A model generated the notes under the pieces. That model made no database searches. It saw nothing but the letters and a program-made list of their open reading frames with translations, and was not told where the DNA came from. A stretch of DNA of 64,000 nt, taken from the NCBI GenBank assembly GCA_016710285.1, contig JADJXR010000001.1, positions 3,573,232 to 3,637,231 of the forward strand, read 5' to 3'. Shown here in pieces: positions 20,639 through 31,600 of the stretch (position 1 is the stretch's first letter; each line of letters opens with the position of its first letter). Source of the DNA: Chlorobiota bacterium (GTDB lineage Bacteria; Bacteroidota; Ignavibacteria; OLB7). The position numbers were made by a program, and so were the translations under genes.

Positions 20639-22558
20639 TCAACGTGGCGGAAGTTGAGCTGGCGGGGGCAATGCCGGAAGAAAAAAGTATTCCCCGCCAA
20701 GCTGCTCGGCCAATCGAACCGCGTCGGAGTTCTGGCTGAATCGTTCGCGGGTGTCAATCACCACCGAACGCACCCCCGCGCGGCGATACGCTTCCCCAAT
20801 TTTTTGCATCTCCTCCTGCACCGTTTTGCGGCGCACTTCGCGGATCATTGCTGCGGATCCTGGCTCCAGCGGGACGTTGGCGCGCCCGTCGGTTAGGATC
20901 ACCACCAATGCTTGCTCGTTCCCCCGAATCCGCTCCCGCTCGGCAATCGAAAGGGCCATCACCAGCGATGAACCCAACGGAGTTCCGCCGCCGGTTGGCA
21001 TCCGGTCCAGCGAACGCTTTGCCCGCTCGACGGAGCTTGTTGGGGGGAGCAGAAGCTCGGCCTGGCTTCCCCGGAATCCAATCATCGCCACGCGGTCGCG
21101 GCTGATGTAGGCGGTTTGCAAAATTCTTCCTGCCACCCCTTTTGCCTCGCGGATTCGGTTGGTTGCCATGGATCCGCTGCTGTCAACGCAGAAAATGAAC
21201 AGCGTTCCGGCACGCTCGGAGAACTCCTTGATTCGCAGGTCGCCCTTTCGGATTCGTATCCAATCTCCATCCCCGCTCCTTCTGGATTGCTGGTGCGGGG
21301 CCGCTGCGCGAAGGGTTGATAGAAGGTCAATCCGCCTTCCGGCAAGCTCCCCCTCGGTTGTGCGGACGTGCCGCCCACGCAGCACCTGTTTGCGCGTCCC
21401 CCGCTTCCCCGATTCCAGCCCCAGGGCCTGCTGGAAAAACGCCAGCAGTGGCGGTATCGGCGCGGTGAAATCAATCGGGTCGAACAGCTGCTCGGCCCCG
21501 GTTTGCGATTCGCCGATCGTGCTTGCCTCCTCGGTTGGTTGCTCATCTTGCCTCCCTTCGGCTTGCTCGCCTTCCCCTTCGGCCTCGGTTTCGCTGGCCG
21601 CAGCTTCGCTGGTTGGCGCGGTTCCGCTTTGCTGGATTGGTGGCTCCTCCGCTTCCGGTTGCTGGGGGCCGGGCTGGGTTGGGTCCGGGATGTTTTGGGT
21701 GCGCGGAGCAAGCACCGTGGCGATTGCAAAGCTCACATCGGCTTCCTCAACCACCATGGATTGGCGAAGTGCCGCGTGCGCCCGCGCAGCTTTTGCCGCA
21801 AAGATCAGCCCCCGCTGGCCGGCCACCTGCAACGCCGCCGCCGCTTCTATCAATTGCTCGATTGCAAGATCGCCGACTCGAACCCGGGGCCAGCTAAGGC
21901 GGGCGTTCAGCACCTGCTCGGCAATGCGTTGCTCATGCCCGGAATATCGCTGGGTGGTCTGCTGTGGCGATGCCGCGAACTCCTGGCGCAGCCGCAGCAA
22001 TCGCCCTACGTGCTCGGCTGGAAGCCTCCGCTCTTGAGCGATAAGAAAGGGGATTTTGTCGGCAAGGGCTTGTTGGATTGGGCGTTCGGAAGGGACCGCG
22101 GTTGCCAGCAGGGAGAAGCGTGCGGGGAAGAACTGGCCAAATCCTTCGCGCTGGCAATTCACCATTCCGGAATCCAACGCTTGGCCAATCGTGGCGGCGG
22201 TTGCGGGGTCCAGAAGCGGAAGATTATCAACGATGAGTATGCCGCCATTGGCCGCCGGAAGTATCCCGGGTTGCAGCACGGGCGTGCCGTGGGCGATTGT
22301 TGCATCAAAGTCAATCCCGCCAATCAGGCGGTCGTGGGTGATGCCCAACGGCAGGCGGGCAACGGGCATTTGGGGATCAATCTGGGCCAGAACAAACTGG
22401 CTGAAACTGGAAAGGAGTTGCGATTTGCCAACGCCCACCGGCCCAGAGATCACCACCCCGCAGAGCGTTGGATCCACCAGCGTGCACAGCAATGCCCGCC
22501 GCGCCATTCCGTACCCAAGAAACGCGCTGAATGGAAGGGAATACAAGGAGTGGAGCAA
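20639..22558 (-). CDS. Magnesium-chelatase subunit D (BchD/ChlD)-family protein: degenerate AAA+ N-domain, Pro/acidic linker, C-terminal vWA
   Basis: N-terminal LPFSAFLGYGMARRALLCTLVDPTLCGVVISGPVGVGKS, an acidic proline-rich linker, and a vWA domain with the MIDAS motif DSSGSM. Confidence 0.7.
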   Translation of the reverse strand: MLHSLYSLPFSAFLGYGMARRALLCTLVDPTLCGVVISGPVGVGKSQLLSSFSQFVLAQIDPQMPVARLPLGITHDRLIGGIDFDATIAHGTPVLQPGILPAANGGILIVDNLPLLDPATAATIGQALDSGMVNCQREGFGQFFPARFSLLATAVPSERPIQQALADKIPFLIAQERRLPAEHVGRLLRLRQEFAASPQQTTQRYSGHEQRIAEQVLNARLSWPRVRVGDLAIEQLIEAAAALQVAGQRGLIFAAKAARAHAALRQSMVVEEADVSFAIATVLAPRTQNIPDPTQPGPQQPEAEEPPIQQSGTAPTSEAAASETEAEGEGEQAEGRQDEQPTEEASTIGESQTGAEQLFDPIDFTAPIPPLLAFFQQALGLESGKRGTRKQVLRGRHVRTTEGELAGRRIDLLSTLRAAAPHQQSRRSGDGDWIRIRKGDLRIKEFSERAGTLFIFCVDSSGSMATNRIREAKGVAGRILQTAYISRDRVAMIGFRGSQAELLLPPTSSVERAKRSLDRMPTGGGTPLGSSLVMALSIAERERIRGNEQALVVILTDGRANVPLEPGSAAMIREVRRKTVQEEMQKIGEAYRRAGVRSVVIDTRERFSQNSDAVRLAEQLGGEYFFLPALPPPAQLPPR

Positions 22559-22616
22559 TGTTGGCCGCGGTTAGTTGTTGGTTGCTGAAAAATGTTTTTA
22601 GTTAGCACGCACCGAA

Positions 22617-23819
22617 ATGAACCTTACCGTCCACGAGTATCAAGAAAGCCAATTCACCTGCCAGCAGATTAGCAGCCGGCAGGGGGCCGTTCTGTGGGAA
22701 AACTACGGAACCTATCTAACGGTCATGGCTCCCTCGCTGACCACCAACAACCGGTGGGTGCTGCGGCCACAGGGGTGGGTGGGGAGCATTGTGGTTGATG
22801 CCGAACTGTGCGTGATGTTGCAGCCGAAGTTGCCCGTTGCCAACATCTTCGCAATGCTTGAATATGCCTACCGGCTGAAAAGTTTTACGGTGCTGGAGGG
22901 GGTGGCTTCGCTCCGCACGGTGGAGGAGATGTTCCAGCAGCTTGCCACCATTTTTGCCAAGCGTGTGCTGGACCGGGCGCGGATTGGGCTGCACCAGCAA
23001 TATGTTGAACGCACCGAGCAATCGCCCTACGTCCGTGGCAGGGTTGACCTTCCGGAAAACTGGCGTGGGCCGCACCGCCACCCGCCAAGCTCGCGGTTCC
23101 AGGAGCGGACCGCCAACTGCGAGGATAACCAGATTATCGCCTTCACGTTGCAAACATTGGCGCGGCATCGCTTGGCCGAGCGTGTGGCAAGCAGCGTCCG
23201 CACGGCGTTGCGCCTGTTTGCGGGGGGGATCACCCGGGCATTCTTTCACCCAACCGACTGCACCAACCGCCACTACTCCCGGCTGAACAGCGATTACCGA
23301 ATCCTGCACGCGCTTTGCCGTTTTTTCTTGGAGCACTCCGGCCCAACCCATGAGTTTGGCGACCGCGCCATGCTTCCATTTCTGGTGAATATGGGCCGGC
23401 TGTTTGAGCTGTTTGTGGCCGAGTGGCTGCGCTGCCATCTTCCGGAAGGGTTCCGGCTGGTGACGCAGGAGCGCGTTGCGGCGGACGTTGCCGGGGCATT
23501 CCCCATCACCCTGGATATGGTGATCTACCAAGCCGGAAGCGACACGCCCGTGCTGGTGGTTGACACCAAGTATAAAATTGGCGACCGCCCTTCCCCCGAG
23601 GACCTTCAGCAGATTGTGGCCTACTCCGTTGCGCGGGGCTGCGCCAATGCTGTGCTGATCTATCCAACCAAACTGCGCCACCCGTTCAACGGGCGATATG
23701 GCCGAAGCCCAGTTGCTATCCGAACCGTGGCCTTCACCATCGAAGGGGACGTTGAGCAGGGGGGAAGGGAGATGCTGGTTGAGTTGCTGCGGGGCGTTTC
23801 AACTCACCCATCCGATTGA
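22617..23819 (+). CDS. mcrC: McrC-family (McrBC 5-methylcytosine restriction system nuclease subunit-like) PD-(D/E)xK protein, with no adjacent McrB
   Basis: N-terminal LPVANIFAMLEYAYRL resembles E. coli McrC IPVRNIYYMLTYAWGY. C-terminal ITLDMVIYQ...VLVVDTKYK resembles METDITI...ILIVDAKYY (PD...DxK). Confidence 0.6.
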   Translation: MNLTVHEYQESQFTCQQISSRQGAVLWENYGTYLTVMAPSLTTNNRWVLRPQGWVGSIVVDAELCVMLQPKLPVANIFAMLEYAYRLKSFTVLEGVASLRTVEEMFQQLATIFAKRVLDRARIGLHQQYVERTEQSPYVRGRVDLPENWRGPHRHPPSSRFQERTANCEDNQIIAFTLQTLARHRLAERVASSVRTALRLFAGGITRAFFHPTDCTNRHYSRLNSDYRILHALCRFFLEHSGPTHEFGDRAMLPFLVNMGRLFELFVAEWLRCHLPEGFRLVTQERVAADVAGAFPITLDMVIYQAGSDTPVLVVDTKYKIGDRPSPEDLQQIVAYSVARGCANAVLIYPTKLRHPFNGRYGRSPVAIRTVAFTIEGDVEQGGREMLVELLRGVSTHPSD

Positions 23820-25888
23820 ATCCGCAGGCGGTAGTTCCGAACCTCCGTCAGCCCGGGGTGTTGCGCCGGTTGGCAGCGGATGGTGCGCCCACCATACACC
23901 AGGTCGAAATAATCATCGCGCTCGTTGGTGTCCTCCTGCTCGTTGAAGTAGATGAACAGTTCATCGGTCCCATGCAAACGGCAGCGGCAGCTGATGGTGT
24001 AGGGATAGAAAATCGGCCCATGCTCCAGCAGCGATTGATAATCGCGAGCTTCCTCCATCAACGTCACCTCGGCTTTGGCCGCAAACTGCTCGATCTCGGC
24101 ATAGAGTGTCTCAAAATTTTTGCGGCTTCCTCCTTCTCCGGTCAGTGCCGTCAAGGCAAGGTCAATGTAGTCGGCGGCTGAGGTTTCTTCTCCGGTTGGG
24201 GGGGCGTTGGCAACCGATCCATCGCTTGGATCGGCGGCGGTGGCAGCACCGGCGGCGGTTTGCCGGCGGACCTCGTTCAAGGCAATGTAGAACGATCGCG
24301 AAAGCCGAAGCTCCTGGACGATGCGGGGATAATGCGCCATCATCTCAATAATCGCCGCGCCATGCCGGGCATCGGCCCCGGCCGATTGCAACTGGGCCTG
24401 CTGCCCGCGAATTCCGGCGAACATCCGTTGCGGTGTGGGGGAAGCAATCGTCAGGCTTGGGAAGGTGATGGTCCCTTGCTCAACCGCTTCGTGGAACAGC
24501 GCGGCGCAGGCAAGATGAAATTGCAGCCGAAGGAAATGCAACGCCTGCATGTACTGTTGCTCCACCGGGCCGGCCTGCAGGATGTCGAACAACTGCTCGC
24601 GCAGCCATCCCAGCCGGATTTTTTTTGCGCGGCGGCGCCGGCTGATGTCGCGGGACAACTCGATCCCTTTTTGCAGCAGCTCGAATGTTGGTATCGCCAG
24701 CAGCACCGCCGTGAATGGGGTGTAGATGGAGAACTTGTACGTGGTGTAGCGGAACGCCAGCACCGGAAGCAGGACTGCCAAAAACAGGAAGAGGAAGAAG
24801 AGTGAGTATTGGCTGATGGTCCGTAGCGTTGGGCGGCGCACGTTGCTTACGCGGGATCGCAGCAGCAGGAAGACCGTGGCGATTGCAATCCCCACCATGA
24901 TGTTCACGTAGGGGGCAACCACCTCAACAACCCGCCCCTGCAACATGGTGTTGACGATGTTGGCATGGATCCCCACGCCGTGCATATCGGGAAGCGCGTT
25001 CTTTCCGTTTTTCAGCGGCGTAAAAAAACGATCCACGATGGAGGTGATTTGGGAATTGCGGATGTCGGCATAGCCCACCAGCACAGCCTTCCCGGCCAGC
25101 TGCTGCCGGAATGCTTCCACCGCGCTGCTCTCCCCCTGCATTGCCGCGGCAAACACCGCCTCCAACGGAATCGTCGGGAATATCTGCTTCCCGCCACCGT
25201 TGTCCCCTTCGGATTCCTCGCCGATGCCGCCGGCGTAATCAATCACAAACGTTTTTTGGGAGAAGGAGGTGGCCACCGCAGCCGCGTTGCTATCAATGGC
25301 GCGGGCAATTTTTACGTCGAACGATTCAAACTTGACGGAATCTGCCTGGCCCCACAGCACGGTGTAGGTGCGGATTGTTTTGTCGTCGTCGGGCTGAAGG
25401 TTGATGCAGCCAAGCTGCGCTCCGTTCAGCTTGAAAAGGGGAGGGGGGATTCGGAATCGCTTCAGGCTGTCCTCGTAGAAGATGCCGAACATCAGGTTGG
25501 GGTGCGCCTCGATCAATGCGGCCAACATTGCGTCGCCGTCGGGGGATTCGGGGCGTTCATCTTCCAGCAAAAAATCAACGGCAACGATTGCGGGCTTTAA
25601 ATCCAGCACTGCGGCAAGCCGGGTTGCAAGAAGTGCGCGGTCCACACGGTCGGTGCTGTCGAACAGCGTGCGGTCGTAGGTCAGGACCCGGATGTTGGTG
25701 TCAATCGGAAGCTCGCCACGGGTTTGCAGCACCAGATCGGTGAAATTCTGGTCGTTCATCGCCACCTCGACCACGTCGAATTGTGGCAGGTCCTGGGAGT
25801 ATTGGGAGAAGATGGCAACCCCCACCGCCGCCGCCAGAATCAGCCCCCAGCGGCGAGCATCCATCCGAAATGTTTGGCGCAGTGACAC
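23804..25888 (-). CDS. CHASE2 sensor-domain membrane protein with an unrecognised cytoplasmic C-terminal domain
   Basis: Periplasmic CHASE2 region (VLTYDRTLFDST...AIVAVDFLLEDE...), three to four TM helices, then a roughly 300-aa C-terminal region with no kinase, cyclase or GGDEF motifs. Confidence 0.6.
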   Translation of the reverse strand: MSLRQTFRMDARRWGLILAAAVGVAIFSQYSQDLPQFDVVEVAMNDQNFTDLVLQTRGELPIDTNIRVLTYDRTLFDSTDRVDRALLATRLAAVLDLKPAIVAVDFLLEDERPESPDGDAMLAALIEAHPNLMFGIFYEDSLKRFRIPPPLFKLNGAQLGCINLQPDDDKTIRTYTVLWGQADSVKFESFDVKIARAIDSNAAAVATSFSQKTFVIDYAGGIGEESEGDNGGGKQIFPTIPLEAVFAAAMQGESSAVEAFRQQLAGKAVLVGYADIRNSQITSIVDRFFTPLKNGKNALPDMHGVGIHANIVNTMLQGRVVEVVAPYVNIMVGIAIATVFLLLRSRVSNVRRPTLRTISQYSLFFLFLFLAVLLPVLAFRYTTYKFSIYTPFTAVLLAIPTFELLQKGIELSRDISRRRRAKKIRLGWLREQLFDILQAGPVEQQYMQALHFLRLQFHLACAALFHEAVEQGTITFPSLTIASPTPQRMFAGIRGQQAQLQSAGADARHGAAIIEMMAHYPRIVQELRLSRSFYIALNEVRRQTAAGAATAADPSDGSVANAPPTGEETSAADYIDLALTALTGEGGSRKNFETLYAEIEQFAAKAEVTLMEEARDYQSLLEHGPIFYPYTISCRCRLHGTDELFIYFNEQEDTNERDDYFDLVYGGRTIRCQPAQHPGLTEVRNYRLRIQSDG

Positions 25889-25941
25889 GGTTAATGGAGG
25901 TTGCTTGTGATTGATGTGTGCAGTGATTCCCGCAAGGCTCT

Positions 25942-27069
25942 TTACTTCAGATATGCCGTCAGCATCATATCCTCGCCAATCATCTCCGTTTTGTAGATGG
26001 TGAAGTGATAGGCTTGGTCCACGTGCTCCACCGCAAGCCCACGGAACGGGCTGATCCCATGCCCAAACATTTTTGGCGCGATAAACAAGTTCAGCTTATG
26101 GACCAACCCTTCTCGCATCAAGGATTCGGCAAGCTGTGCGCCCCCTTCCACCATCACCGAGGCGATTCCGTGGTCGCCAAGCGTGGCAAAGACCTCGTTC
26201 AGATGCAATCCCTTTGTGGTTCGGTTCGCCCCATACACCGTCACGCCGGTGGCTTGCAGCAGCCGTGCTTTGTCGGTTTCCAGATGGTCAAGGTCGGTGA
26301 AGACGATGGTGTTCGTGCGGAACTCGTCGGTGAACATCTGCAAGGTGTCGGGAAGGTGAAGGTTCTCATCCAACACCACGCGTTTGGGGTTGCGCCCGGC
26401 GATGTCGAAGCGAACGGTCAGCGAGGGGTTGTCGTGCAGTGCGGTTCCTGCGCCAATCATCACCGCATCGTTCATGGCGCGAAGCCGGTGGGTGTGTTCG
26501 CGTGCCAGCAGCCCGGTGATCCACTGCGATTCGCCGTTGGGGAGCGCGATAAATCCATCCAACGTCTGCGCAACTTTCAGGGTGATGAACGGGCTTCCCG
26601 TTTTTATGAAATGGATGTAGGCTTCGTTCAGCCGCTTTGCGTCGGCCTCGTGAACGCCCACCACAACCTCAATCCCTGCTTCGCGCAGTCGCTTGTTCCC
26701 TTGCCCGCTGACAATCGGGTTCGGGTCGCGCATGGCCACCACAACCCTGCGGATTCCCGAGGCGATAATCGCTTCGGTGCAAGGTGGGGTTTTGCCGTGG
26801 TGGTTGCATGGTTCCAGCGTTACGTACAGGGTGGCGCTGCTAAGGTCGGTCCCTTCCGGGACGTTGCGCAGAACCACTACCTCGGCGTGCGGGCCGCCGT
26901 ACTGTTCGTGCGCGCCTTCGGCAACGATTCTTCCGTTTGCGTCGGCAATCACCGCGCCCACCATTGGGTTTGGGCTAACAAGGCCTTGCCCCCGGGTGGC
27001 GATGGTCAATGCCCGCCGCATCATGGTGTCGTCGCGTTCTTCTATGTCAATCATGGTGTGTTGCATCAC
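25942..27069 (-). CDS. ribD: Bifunctional riboflavin biosynthesis deaminase/reductase RibD
   Basis: CMP/dCMP deaminase zinc motif (HAEV...LYVTLEPCNHHGKTPPC) followed by the RibD_C reductase domain. Confidence 0.9.
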   Translation of the reverse strand: MMQHTMIDIEERDDTMMRRALTIATRGQGLVSPNPMVGAVIADANGRIVAEGAHEQYGGPHAEVVVLRNVPEGTDLSSATLYVTLEPCNHHGKTPPCTEAIIASGIRRVVVAMRDPNPIVSGQGNKRLREAGIEVVVGVHEADAKRLNEAYIHFIKTGSPFITLKVAQTLDGFIALPNGESQWITGLLAREHTHRLRAMNDAVMIGAGTALHDNPSLTVRFDIAGRNPKRVVLDENLHLPDTLQMFTDEFRTNTIVFTDLDHLETDKARLLQATGVTVYGANRTTKGLHLNEVFATLGDHGIASVMVEGGAQLAESLMREGLVHKLNLFIAPKMFGHGISPFRGLAVEHVDQAYHFTIYKTEMIGEDMMLTAYLK

Positions 27070-27081
27070 GGTTGTTGTTGG

Positions 27082-27611
27082 TCAATCTTGCCGTCCGCTC
27101 CAGATAAATTCTTCGCGGAGGATGTATGGTTTTGGTTTTGCAGGAATGGTGACAATGGCGCGGTATCGCCCTTGCGGAAGCCTTCCGCCGGTAAGGGTGT
27201 TCTGGCCATCCCAGTACTCGCGGTAATCGGCAACCTCTCCAATCTGGAGCGGCTCAACTGCGCCAATCGCCTGCGTGAACATCTTTCCCGCCGACGATGA
27301 CCAGAATTGCTCGCCAACCTCGTTCTCAATCTCAATCCGGACTTTTTCACCGCTGGGGAGATACTCCCCTTCGGGCGCGTTGCGGTCCGCTCCACCCGCA
27401 CCAAAAATTCCAGCCCAACCGTGCGGGTGCGCACGTCAAGGGTGATGGCAAGGGGAGAAGATGTGGTGCGGTTGGCTTGCAGCGTGGTGTCGGGCGGAGT
27501 TGTGGTTTGCTGCGGCTTGCTGCATCCCGCGCCGCAGATCAGCGCGAGCGCTACTGCCGCAGCGCAGGAAGCTGCCCGATAGATAGTGAGTATGCTGGCT
27601 ACGGTGTTCAT
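27082..27611 (-). CDS. Hypothetical lipoprotein, apparently frameshifted near 27426-27440
   Basis: MNTVASILTIYRAASCAAAVALALICGAGC lipobox N-terminus in one frame. The protein-like C-terminal part (AHPHGW...GEYLPSGEKVRIEIENEVGEQFW...GRYRAIVTIPAKPKPYILREEFIW) is in another frame (ORF 27082..27282 extended upstream). Confidence 0.4.
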
Positions 27612-27854
27612 CGCCGGAAAAATACGGTGGAACAAAGGAACGGAGAAAGGGGAGGGATGTAAGGAGAGATATAGGAGGAAGTGGAGTCTATCCCGGGTGT
27701 GATAGGGAATCTCCTTGTTAAACCGCCGCAACGGCTTAACTGTTCTGTGGCGTTCCAAACTATTATCTATCACGTACTTATCGCAACCGCGCAACCGCTG
27801 CACCCGTTGCTTCTTTGCGGAGAGAGTATCCAACCAGAAAACAGGAGAACAACC

Positions 27855-28547
27855 ATGAGGATTCAAGCATTCCTTGCGCTGTCAATCATTGGTGCGGCGG
27901 CCATTGCCGGTTGCGGCCACACCAACAAGCTGACCAAACACAACATCAACGGGAAGACGGCCATCTACCGAACCTACACAACCGCATCGGCCGGAAGTTA
28001 CGCCTACGTTGAAAGCCCCACCAAAAACAACACCGTGGTAGATATCCTGACCGCCATCGGCTCCGGAATCGCCAGCGACCAGGGGAGGAAGAAGCTGCAA
28101 AAAGCGGTGAATGGCGACAGCATCGCCCAGGCCGTTGGGCGCGGTATCAGCGAAGCAACGGTGGATTATTTACGGCTGCAACCGGTTGCCAGCATCGCCG
28201 ATAATCCAGAGGTGATTGTGGAGACGGAGCTGACCCAGTTCAACATCGTTTCGGGGTCGTACGGCGTGGCGATCTACGTCCGCGGGAAGTCGCGGGTGAT
28301 TGAGCGGCGAACCGGAATCATCGTTTGGGAGGACTCCGAATCGCACACCATCCCCCTTTCGGAAACTTGGGTTGCAGGGCTTGGTCCGCAGGTCGTCCGC
28401 TCCGGAGCCAGCATCTTCAACGCGGTGCAGTTGCTGAGTTTAAGCGAGGAGGAAATCCGCACCGTGGTGAATAGTGGCGCGGTGGTTGCCGGGCGGGAGA
28501 TTGGCGAGACGCTTCGGGATGACATTTCCGATATGCACGAGGAGTGA
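27855..28547 (+). CDS. Hypothetical lipoprotein
   Basis: Signal peptide plus lipobox AIAGCGH. No recognised domain. Confidence 0.4.
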   Translation: MRIQAFLALSIIGAAAIAGCGHTNKLTKHNINGKTAIYRTYTTASAGSYAYVESPTKNNTVVDILTAIGSGIASDQGRKKLQKAVNGDSIAQAVGRGISEATVDYLRLQPVASIADNPEVIVETELTQFNIVSGSYGVAIYVRGKSRVIERRTGIIVWEDSESHTIPLSETWVAGLGPQVVRSGASIFNAVQLLSLSEEEIRTVVNSGAVVAGREIGETLRDDISDMHEE

Positions 28548-28675
28548 TCGCCTATCGGCCCCCGCCGGAAGTGAGCAGAAATGAACAATGGCATTGTTGA
28601 ACACAAGGCTTGCGCAACCGCATTCCATTGTGCCAACGATGCCATTGGCTATTTGTGGGGGATTTGGAAATCAGG

Positions 28676-31600
28676 TTATCTGGAAATCATCACCGGAACC
28701 ACGCTCCGCTGCGTTCCCAGCCGAAGCTCAAGGAAGTAGAAACCGGAACCAACGGTGCTGAATGTGAGTGTGGTTTCCATTTCTTCTCCGGTTCCTTCCG
28801 GCAGCGGCAAGGTTCCCACCTCGCGCCCGGTGGGGTCAAGGATCACGGCCACGGGCTGGGTTCCTTTCGGCGCGGTAAAACGCAAGGTTGCTTCGCTGGA
28901 AAGGGGGGAGGGGAACAATTCTTTGATTGCCGCGGGCCTTCCGAACAGCCCGGCTTGGTCAATCTGGCATCCATCAAGAAAAACTTTCCCGGGCATGGTG
29001 GTCAGCGTCGCGCCCGATGCCAGCAGGGTGCATTCTTCAACCGCAATTTCATTCTCCGGTTTCCCTGTCACCAAGCCCTCCATCGTCAGCCGCGCAAGCT
29101 CAACATTGGCAAGTGCGGAAGGATCGGTGGAGGTGATTTCCACCACCCCTGCCGAAAGCCGTTTCCATGAAATGCCCCGCCCGGTGACCTCGTGCAGAAG
29201 CAATGCCGTGGGATTGAATCGGATGCGCGCAGCGAATCCCCCGGAAGCGGCCGCCGTGCCGGGGAAGGCGGAGGTGTACAGCCGGAGATCGAACCGTTCG
29301 TTCACCTTCCGGTACGCGCTGTCCAGATAGATCACGGGGGGCACGCCACCGCTTCCGGTGATCGTCACCGGAATGCTTCCGCCATTCTTCAGCAAGAACA
29401 ACCCTTCGGCCTGGTAGCCCCGGATTGCTTCCGGGAGGAAGGTGACGGAGTAGAATTCCGTTCCCGACGGTGCGACCGTTGCCGGAAAATTCCCCGCCAC
29501 TGTGAACGCCGTGCTATCCCCCCCAATCCAACGGAAGCGGAGCACTTCCGTGGCGTTGGTGGTTCGGTTCTTGACCGCCAGCGCGTTGTTGGCCGCCAGC
29601 GGTGTCCCTTGCATCACCGTGCCAAGCTCAAGCCGGATGGGGTCCGCACCGATGCCGCTTGTGGTTCCTTCGCCACGCAGCTGGATGCGGGTTGTTCCGG
29701 CAACTCCATCCACCAGCAACTCACCCTGATACGCTTGGGCCGCCACGGGGGCGAACGTTGTGGAAATCCAGAGTGTGTCGGCGGCCATTCCGCGCAGTTG
29801 CTGGGCTGCCGCCGGAAGCTGGGCCGCAAAAACGTTGTCGGGATTTTGGGCGAACGCAACGGAGTTGATCGTTTCCGTTGCTTCCCCCACGTTCGTGATT
29901 CCAATCCGAACCGGCTGGCTGTTGGTGGCAATCTGCACCGCGCCGAACTCCGCCGGGGCGTTAATAAGCTGAAGCTGCGCCGGGCGGGGAACCGAACGCC
30001 CGGCAATCGGAATCCGAATCGGATCCCCCTCGGAAAGGGTGATCACAACACCAGCGGAAAAACTCCCAACGCTGTTCGGCGCGAACGTCAGGCTGTAGGT
30101 GGTTTGGCTCCCTTGCGTCAGTTTCACATCGGTCGCGCCTTGCAGGGTGAACACGCCGGCAGTGTCCCCTTCAATCGTTGCTTCGGTGACGGCAATCGTC
30201 GCGCTTCCGGTGTTGGTCAGGATGATGGTGTTGGCGGCAGTGATGGAGCTTCCGTTGGTGATCTCCCCAAAGTCAATGATGGAGGGGCTGACGGTTAGGT
30301 CACGGACCTCACCGGTTCCCTGAATTGGCTGCACAGCCGTTGCCCCCGACTCTGCCGTTGCCCTGATGCTTGCCGTGCGCAATCCCCCAGCCGATGGAGT
30401 GAACCGGACATCAGCCCAAAGGGTGTCGGCCACGGGGTGCAACGTTGCTGGAAGGTTCAGCGGAAGGATGGTGAAATCGCTGGGTGCGGCTCCCTCCATT
30501 TCCACTGTTGTGATCTTCTCCTGTGTGTTCCCGCGGTTCACCAACCCAACGCGGATTGTCAGCGAGGAATCCACGCGAACGTTGCCGTAATCGGTGGTGG
30601 TTGGGACCCAAACAATCGAGTGGTTTGCCGCCGCCCCTTTCCCCCGAAGCTCCACACGGATGCGGTTGTTGTTGGGAAGGAGGAAGTGCGCCCGCGCAAA
30701 GCAATCGCCCGGGCGGGTTGGCGCAAATTTCACGCCGAAGCGGTGGGTTGGGTTCAGCAGTGTGAAGTCGGCGGGAAGATTGCCAATCACCGCAAACATT
30801 GCCGAATCGGGGCCATCAATCCGGACCCGCACAATGCTTGCCGGCGGTGGTTGCAGCTTGCTGATAAGGATCGTGTCGGCAAGGGTAATCGAGTCGCCAA
30901 CGGTCACCAATCCGGCATCAACCAGAAGTGGGCGGATCGCAAAACCATCATCCTTGCCATTGGCTTGAAGCGGGATGGTGATCCGGTCGCCATCGGCGGT
31001 TGTTAGCCGAAGCAGCGCGTACCGTGCCCCCGTAGCGGTTGGCGCGCACTCCACCCGAATCACGCGGGCTTGGTCCATTCCCCGGTTCAAACGAAAGGGG
31101 AGCGGGGGAGCAACGAACCGGAAATCTGCAGCGTTGTTCCCAATCATTTCGATGCTGGTGAAGTCTTTATCGCTGGAACCAAGCACCGCAATGGCAACTT
31201 CCTGCTCGGGGCTGATTGCTCCAACCGAAACATCACGGAAGTCAACGGCCTCGGGGCGGATCACGTATTTGGTTCGCACAACCACAACATCAATCAGGAC
31301 CTCACCCCTTCGCCACTTGTCCCCTTTGTTGAACGTGAGATGGGTCCGAAGAATCCTGCTTGGAGGGTCGCCATTAATACTTTTGGGGACAACGCCAATC
31401 AGGATAGTGTCGAAGCCATTGGGGGGAATCGTGCGGGGGATTACGCCGGCGCGGGCAAGGAAAAATTCGCTGGCGTTGTCCCCCTCAATCTCCATTTGGT
31501 TGATCGTAAAGGGAAAGCAGTTGGAGGTGTTCCGCAGCACCAGTTGCCGGAAGCTGGTGTCCGCCAGTGCCACCGTATCCAGCGTTGCCCTGGGCGGTCC

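Noticed and set aside
20639-22558. The AAA+/vWA protein as a McrB-like partner of the adjacent McrC homologue
   Set aside because: It is divergently transcribed. It shows BchD/ChlD-type features (degenerate AAA+, proline/acidic linker, MIDAS vWA) rather than McrB GTPase motifs or a DNA-binding N-domain. The linkage is kept only as a context note.
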